From: an uncultured Flavobacterium sp.
Lineage (GTDB): Bacteria > Bacteroidota > Bacteroidia > Flavobacteriales > Flavobacteriaceae
DNA: 64,000 nt
NCBI RefSeq assembly: GCF_943913405.1
Contig: NZ_CALTYA010000002.1
Coordinates: 43,820-107,819 of the forward strand
Reading direction: 5' to 3'
The notes under the pieces: generated by a model
The model's database searches: none
The model's input: only the letters and a program-made list of their open reading frames with translations
What the model was told of the DNA's origin: nothing
In this document: piece after piece, positions 58,722 through 64,000 of the stretch
How positions within the stretch are numbered: position 1 is the first letter of the stretch
Layout of the letters: every line of letters starts with the position of its first letter
Program-made: the position numbers and the translations under genes

Positions 58722-60146
58722 ATGACAAAGACAAACAAACCCACTTTTATATCTAGAATTATTACCGTAACCAAGCAATCGCTTCGTGGAGAAGCTGACT
58801 TTGACTACACCTCAGGAAACATTCGAAAAGCCGTTATTTTATTAGCAATTCCTATGGTTTTGGAAATGATGATGGAATCGGTTTTTGCTTTGGTAGACTT
58901 ATATTTCGTAGGCCATTTAGAGAATAGCAGTTTTGCGATTCAAACTGTTGGACTTACAGAATCCGTTTTGACTATTATTTATTCCTTAGCAATCGGATTA
59001 AGCATGGCTGCAACTGCTGTCGTCGCTCGAAGAATCGGAGAAAAAGATCCGACGAAAGCAGCAAAGGCAGGAATGCAGGCCGTAATAATTTCACTTGCCG
59101 TAAATGCCGTAATTAGTTGCTTCGGATTTATTTACGCAACAGACATTTTAATGCTGATGGGCGCTTCAAAAGACGCCGCTTTGCACGGAACTTCCTTTAT
59201 GCAGATAATGATGGCCGGAAGCAGTTCTATCGTATTATTATTCTTGATCAACGGAATTTTTCGTGGTGCCGGAAATGCTGCAATTGCCATGAAAAGTTTG
59301 TGGATTGCCAATATCTGCAATATAATTTTATGTCCGATTTTAATTAACGGGCTCGGACCAATTCCTGCTTTTGGACTGACTGGCGCTGCAATGGCAACAA
59401 CTACCGGAAGAACCATCGGGGTTTTATATCAAGCCTATCATTTATTCAACGGAAGAGGAGTTTTAAAAATCATCGGAAGCTATTTTATTCCTGATTGGAA
59501 GCAGATTAAAGCGATCGTGAAAGTCGCAGCTCCGGGGATTTTGCAATTTGTGATTGCTTCTTGCAGTTGGATCTTCTTGGCGAATTTAGTTGCCGTGACT
59601 GGTGGCGATCACGGTTCGGCTGGCTATCAAACCGCTTTGCGAATCATGATGTTTTTCATCTTGCCTGCTTGGGGATTAAGCAATGCCGCGGCGACTTTGG
59701 TTGGCCAAAATTTAGGCGCAAAACAAGTGGACAGAGCCGTAAAATCAGTCATGCAGACTGCAAAATACAATGTGATTTTTATGGCTTCGATCATGGTTAT
59801 CACTTTGCTTGGCGCTGAATATATTGCTGCATTTTTCACGAATGATACTTTGGTTCAAAGTATTGCCGTGGAAGCAATTCGAATAATGAGTCTTGGCTAT
59901 ATTTTCTACGGAATTGGAATGGTTTTGATCAATACTTTCAACGGTGCTGGCGATACTTGGACTCCGACTTGGATTAATTTCTTCGGATTTTGGCTGTTTC
60001 AGATTCCAATGGCTTATATCTTGGCGAAGGTTTTAAAAATGGGTCCGACTGGTGTTTTCATTGCAATTCCGATTGCAGAAACTGCGATCACTATTGCTGG
60101 ATATATTTTGTTCAAGAAAGGAAAGTGGAAGACGATTCAGGTGTAG
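58722..60146 (+). CDS. MATE family efflux transporter
   Basis: 12-TM profile with two repeated 6-TM halves. Start chosen at the second in-frame ATG. Confidence 0.7.
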   Translation: MTKTNKPTFISRIITVTKQSLRGEADFDYTSGNIRKAVILLAIPMVLEMMMESVFALVDLYFVGHLENSSFAIQTVGLTESVLTIIYSLAIGLSMAATAVVARRIGEKDPTKAAKAGMQAVIISLAVNAVISCFGFIYATDILMLMGASKDAALHGTSFMQIMMAGSSSIVLLFLINGIFRGAGNAAIAMKSLWIANICNIILCPILINGLGPIPAFGLTGAAMATTTGRTIGVLYQAYHLFNGRGVLKIIGSYFIPDWKQIKAIVKVAAPGILQFVIASCSWIFLANLVAVTGGDHGSAGYQTALRIMMFFILPAWGLSNAAATLVGQNLGAKQVDRAVKSVMQTAKYNVIFMASIMVITLLGAEYIAAFFTNDTLVQSIAVEAIRIMSLGYIFYGIGMVLINTFNGAGDTWTPTWINFFGFWLFQIPMAYILAKVLKMGPTGVFIAIPIAETAITIAGYILFKKGKWKTIQV

Positions 60147-60241
60147 AAGGCCCTAAGTTGCTAAGATTCTAAGGCGCAAAGTTGAAAACGTTCTCTACTT
60201 TGCGTCTTAGCACCTTTGCGAAACAATAAATCATCTTTGCA

Positions 60242-61240
60242 TTATTGTTGCATAAATTGAAAACTTCCAAAAACCTCTTGAATTTCGTTTAAGGTTTTAT
60301 ACAGTTCTTCCGGCGCATCTGTAGTGACCAATCTTTGTTTGTATTCTTTAAAACCTGGAATTCCTTTGAAATAATTGGTGTAATGTCTTCTCATTTCAAC
60401 GATTCCGACACGCTCGCCTTTCCATTCCATTGACCAAGTCAGGTGATTTCTTACGGCTTCCACTCTATCTTCCATAGTTGGCGGTGCTAATTTTTCTCCG
60501 GTTTTAAAGAAATGCTTGATTTCATTGAAAATCCACGGATATCCGATTGCTGCACGCCCAATCATCATTCCGTCAAGGCCGAAGCGGTTTTTATATTCCA
60601 AAGCTTTTTCTGGCGAATCGATATCTCCGTTTCCAAAAATCGGCATTGTGATTCTTGGATTGTTTTTTACTCTTTCGATGTGCGTCCAATCTGAATGGCC
60701 TTTGTACATCTGCGCTCGCGTTCTGGCGTGAACCGTCAACGCTTGCACTCCGATGTCTTGCAGTCTTTCGGCAACCTCATCAATATTTATAGAATCTTCG
60801 TCCCAGCCCAATCTCGTTTTTACCGTCACCGGAAGATGCGTGCTTTTAATCACGGCTTTTGTCAGGCGAACCATCAAATCTACATCTTTTAAAACGCCTG
60901 CTCCTGCTCCTTTGCAAACCACTTTTTTAACCGGACAGCCATAATTGATATCGACCAAATCAGGATGAACGGTTTCCACAATCTTTGCAGAAAGTGCCAT
61001 CGCTTCTTCGTCGCCACCAAAAATCTGGATTCCGACTGGTCTTTCGTAATCAAAAATGTCTAGCTTTTGGCGACTTTTCATGGCATCGCGAATCAAACCC
61101 TCCGAAGAAATAAATTCGCTATACATCAAATCAGCCCCGTGAAGCTTGCACAATCTGCGAAAAGGCGGATCGCTGACGTCTTCCATCGGAGCTAAAAGTA
61201 AAGGGAAATCAGGTAATTCTATGTTGCCAATCTTGACCAT
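60242..61240 (-). CDS. dusB: tRNA dihydrouridine synthase
   Basis: …LLLAPMEDVSDPPFR…, FMN-binding TIM-barrel motifs, catalytic Cys region (…GCPVKKV…). Start placed at MVKIGN. Confidence 0.8.
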   Translation of the reverse strand: MVKIGNIELPDFPLLLAPMEDVSDPPFRRLCKLHGADLMYSEFISSEGLIRDAMKSRQKLDIFDYERPVGIQIFGGDEEAMALSAKIVETVHPDLVDINYGCPVKKVVCKGAGAGVLKDVDLMVRLTKAVIKSTHLPVTVKTRLGWDEDSINIDEVAERLQDIGVQALTVHARTRAQMYKGHSDWTHIERVKNNPRITMPIFGNGDIDSPEKALEYKNRFGLDGMMIGRAAIGYPWIFNEIKHFFKTGEKLAPPTMEDRVEAVRNHLTWSMEWKGERVGIVEMRRHYTNYFKGIPGFKEYKQRLVTTDAPEELYKTLNEIQEVFGSFQFMQQ

Positions 61241-61424
61241 CTTCTTGCATTTTTTTGCAAAATTACGACTTTTTTGAAGAAATGTAATGAATTGTCCTCT
61301 AGGTTTGGAATTGTAAGAAATAGGCGATAGCAAAATCCTAAATTTTCAATTCCTTGTAAATCAATAAAATATAAGTCCTATTTTTGCGTTTCTAAAATTC
61401 ATCTTCACCATCAAAAATTTTTAA

Positions 61425-61925
61425 ATGATTTACAAGACACTTATTTCCTTCTTATTTATAGGAATTTTAGCTACAAGCAAAACAGAAGTAAAAATTACGG
61501 AACCTGCAGTAAAAACAGAAGCTCCAAAAATATCTGAAAGAGAAAAAATAATTTCTTACGCCAAAGAATACCTCGGAATTAACTACAAATATGCCAGCAG
61601 CAATCCGTCAAAAGGTTTTGATTGTTCGGGTTTTGTGAATTATGTTTTCAAGCATTTTGACATTTCAGTTCCAAGAAGTTCCAGCCAGTTCAAAAACATT
61701 GGAAAAACGATAAAACCAGAAGCTTTTCAAAAAGGCGACATCTTAGTTTTTTACGGATATAAAGACACGAAATCAATCGGCCACGTCGGGATTATCTGTG
61801 AAGCTGACGGCATGAATTCTAAATTTATCCACGCTTCTTCTGGAAAAGAATATGCAGTAACGATCAGTGATTTGAACTCAAAAATGTACACGAAACGATT
61901 TTATAAATGTGTTTCAGTTTTGTAA
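61425..61925 (+). CDS. NlpC/P60 (C40) family peptidoglycan peptidase
   Basis: Catalytic Cys motif …KGFDCSGFVNYVF… and His …SIGHVGII…. Confidence 0.7.
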   Translation: MIYKTLISFLFIGILATSKTEVKITEPAVKTEAPKISEREKIISYAKEYLGINYKYASSNPSKGFDCSGFVNYVFKHFDISVPRSSSQFKNIGKTIKPEAFQKGDILVFYGYKDTKSIGHVGIICEADGMNSKFIHASSGKEYAVTISDLNSKMYTKRFYKCVSVL

Positions 61926-61962
61926 AAAGGTATTGAGGAAAAATAGGCACTGAGGTGCTAAG

Positions 61963-62003
61963 CAAAAAGGCGTTGAGAATTATCTCAACGCCTTTTTGCT
62001 TAT
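61963..62003. terminator. Bidirectional rho-independent terminator embedded in a larger GCTAAG-family repeat
   Basis: AAGGCGTTGAGA-ATTATC-TCTCAACGCCTT perfect 12-bp stem flanked by A5 and T5. Confidence 0.65.
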
Positions 62004-62045
62004 AACTTCGGACTTAGTGCCTCAGCACCTAAAAACCTTAGCACC

Positions 62046-63617
62046 TTACTTATTATAAAGCAATGAAGCCAATCTTTCATCTCTGCTATACACATCTTCG
62101 AAGAAACTCACATTTCCGTTTTCATCTGCGCCAGAAGTAAAATAAGCGATATAAACCGGAATTTTTTTCTTTAGCGAGTAACTTTGCTCTTTCCCCCCGC
62201 TCATGGCTTTGTCGATTTTTGACGCATTCCAATTTTTATCGTCTTCGAGGATTGCATTTGCCAATTCTTTTGCTTTCTGAACGCGAACGCAACCGTGGCT
62301 GAACGCTCTACTTTCTTTATTGAAAAGACTTTTTGCAGGCGAATCATGCAGGTAAATATTGTTTGAATTTGGGAACATAAATTTTACTAAACCAAGCGAG
62401 TTTGTGGGTCCTGGTTTTTGGCGGACAGACTTACCGTTCCATTCCATATTATGTTGTGCCAAGTAATTTTTGTTTTTGGCGATTCCAGGCTTTATTTCTT
62501 TTTCCAAGATGCTTTTCGGCACATTCCAATACGGACTAAACACCAAATAGCTCATCTGTCCGCTGAAAACTACGGTTTTGTTTAAGGCTTTTCCAACAAC
62601 TACGTTTGATTCTAAGCGCAATTTCCCGTCTTTAAAATAACGCACTTTATACGAAGGAATATTCACGGCAATATAGTTACCGCTTTTGATAAATTTTGGA
62701 GAAATCCATCGGCAACGTTCCATATTCACAACAATCGTTTTGATTCTGTCTTGCACCGAAATGTTTAAATCTTTTATCAAAGACGGCGTAATCATTTTGT
62801 CTTCGTTTTGATAATTTCTTTTTTCGTAAGTGCCGATTGCATTCGCTAATTCTTCATCAAAAACAGTACTTTCAGAACTACTTTTCAAATCACCAGACAA
62901 AGCAAGTCTTTTTCGAACTTGTAAAACCGTTGCCGCACTGTCGCCTACTTTCAAAGATTTCACACCTTCTTGCATGGTAATTTTTTCCCAACCGCCTTTT
63001 TTCTCGATTTCACGGTATTTCTGCAAGCCTTTTTTAAGGTTATAATAAAGCGGAATCATTTCTTTTTCGTCCTTTTTCAAAAGCGTTGGATCTTTCATCA
63101 ACGTATCTAAATAAGCGACATAAGAAGTTTTTTCACGTGGTAAATACCAACCTGTTTCCTTACTTTTATTGGCATCTAAACCTTGATAGACATTTTTTGC
63201 ATAGAAGAAATACATGGCCGAAACCAATAATTCTGAATTTACATCAGGATCTTTGTTTTCGTTTTCATAAAACAGATTGTCGATTTGTTCTTTGTAAGGC
63301 AATTTTGCAGGAACACCTTCTGCGCTGATTTGGTTTACCTGATTGAAAATAGCTTCAGCAAATTCGATCACGCCTTTTTTATCGAACCAAATATAATGGT
63401 AATCGTGTTTTTTGTAAAGCTCTCTGATTTCAGATTCGTATTCTTTATAATCAGGATATTTCGTAAAAAACCCAGCTACTTTTGTACTGTCAAATTGAAT
63501 AATTCTGTCATCGGGATCGACTTTAATATCTGACAAGTCATTTTCCTTTTTCTTGCAGGAAACAACGGCCAGCGAACACATGGCAATTACGAATAAGTTT
63601 AAAAATATTTTTTTCAT
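62046..63617 (-). CDS. L,D-transpeptidase family lipoprotein with N-terminal peptidoglycan-binding-like region
   Basis: Lipobox …LAVVSCKK. YkuD catalytic motif …LHDSPAKSLFNKESRAFSHGCVRV…. Confidence 0.75.
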   Translation of the reverse strand: MKKIFLNLFVIAMCSLAVVSCKKKENDLSDIKVDPDDRIIQFDSTKVAGFFTKYPDYKEYESEIRELYKKHDYHYIWFDKKGVIEFAEAIFNQVNQISAEGVPAKLPYKEQIDNLFYENENKDPDVNSELLVSAMYFFYAKNVYQGLDANKSKETGWYLPREKTSYVAYLDTLMKDPTLLKKDEKEMIPLYYNLKKGLQKYREIEKKGGWEKITMQEGVKSLKVGDSAATVLQVRKRLALSGDLKSSSESTVFDEELANAIGTYEKRNYQNEDKMITPSLIKDLNISVQDRIKTIVVNMERCRWISPKFIKSGNYIAVNIPSYKVRYFKDGKLRLESNVVVGKALNKTVVFSGQMSYLVFSPYWNVPKSILEKEIKPGIAKNKNYLAQHNMEWNGKSVRQKPGPTNSLGLVKFMFPNSNNIYLHDSPAKSLFNKESRAFSHGCVRVQKAKELANAILEDDKNWNASKIDKAMSGGKEQSYSLKKKIPVYIAYFTSGADENGNVSFFEDVYSRDERLASLLYNK

Positions 63618-63941
63618 GGAATTAATTTTGTTTTAAATAAATGTAGACAAAATTTGTGCAGATGAAAAATTCATTAGTTTGATTTTAACATAAATTACTG
63701 TGATTTTTATAGCCGAAGATTCGCAGATTTAAATTTTTAAACTAGAAAATTTGTGAGGAATAATCCGTGAATCTGCGGCCAAATTTCATTGCTAATTCTA
63801 TCAAAAATTCCTCTTTCAACTTACCAACTAAAAAACTATATTTGCCGATTAAATCCTTACCTTTAAGGAGATAATGGGGAAAGCGGAGAAATAATTGAAA
63901 AATTCTTTGTGAACGCGTAAAAATTTGACACAAAACTGTAC

Positions 63942-64000
63942 ATGAAACATATTAGAAATTTTTGCATTATTGCACATATTGACCACGGAAAAAGCACCTT
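63942..64000 (+). CDS. lepA: Elongation factor 4 (LepA), N-terminal fragment running off the window end
   Basis: MKHIRNFCIIAHIDHGKST is the conserved LepA/EF-G-family G1 motif start. Confidence 0.7.
   Translation, partial: MKHIRNFCIIAHIDHGKST

Overview
This is a 64-kb AT-rich chromosomal window that looks like Flavobacteriaceae (Chryseobacterium-like) DNA. The evidence is several proteins ending in KLIIK/KIIKQ-type T9SS C-terminal sorting domains, Bacteroidetes-style TAnnTTTG -7 promoter elements, no Shine-Dalgarno sequences, and flavobacterial synteny (ftsX-DUF3098-uppP-truB; GT2-pyrC-DUF4296). Housekeeping genes are confidently recognised: tyrS, leuS, pckA, pyrC, pyrH, frr, truB, uppP, rbfA, dusB, the lepA N-terminus, and a tRNA with anticodon CAT. 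Three accessory regions stand out:
1. Positions 3.7-13.1 kb hold three paralogous secreted repeat proteins with a conserved tail-fibre/intramolecular-chaperone-like C-terminal module. Each of the last two is followed directly by a huge T9SS-secreted zinc-metalloprotease-like protein (one a clear M43 metzincin), so the arrangement is a duplicated two-gene module.
2. Positions 35.8-47.9 kb are a redox/detox-type accessory cluster with four SDR genes, two AraC regulators, a Crp/Fnr regulator, two MFS transporters, and a divergent Fur-family regulator / TrxB-like gene pair, with conspicuous operator-like palindromes.
3. Positions 47,987-56,075 are an ~8.1-kb integrative island inserted at the 3' end of the tRNA(CAT). 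It is bounded by a 13-bp direct repeat of the tRNA 3' end, has TTCTGCCGTA arm-type repeats inside both ends, and carries a tyrosine integrase, an excisionase-like HTH gene and a two-gene BcgI-like (Type IIB-like) restriction-modification system: a PD-(D/E)xK nuclease + N6-adenine methylase fusion plus a two-TRD S subunit.
Other notable items are an unannotated 51-codon ORF encoding a +12-charged perfect heptad-repeat peptide (built from 21-bp tandem DNA repeats) just downstream of an Lrp gene, a MITE-like inverted-repeat element between tyrS and an epimerase gene, and two dispersed short-repeat families. No CRISPR arrays or rRNA genes are present.
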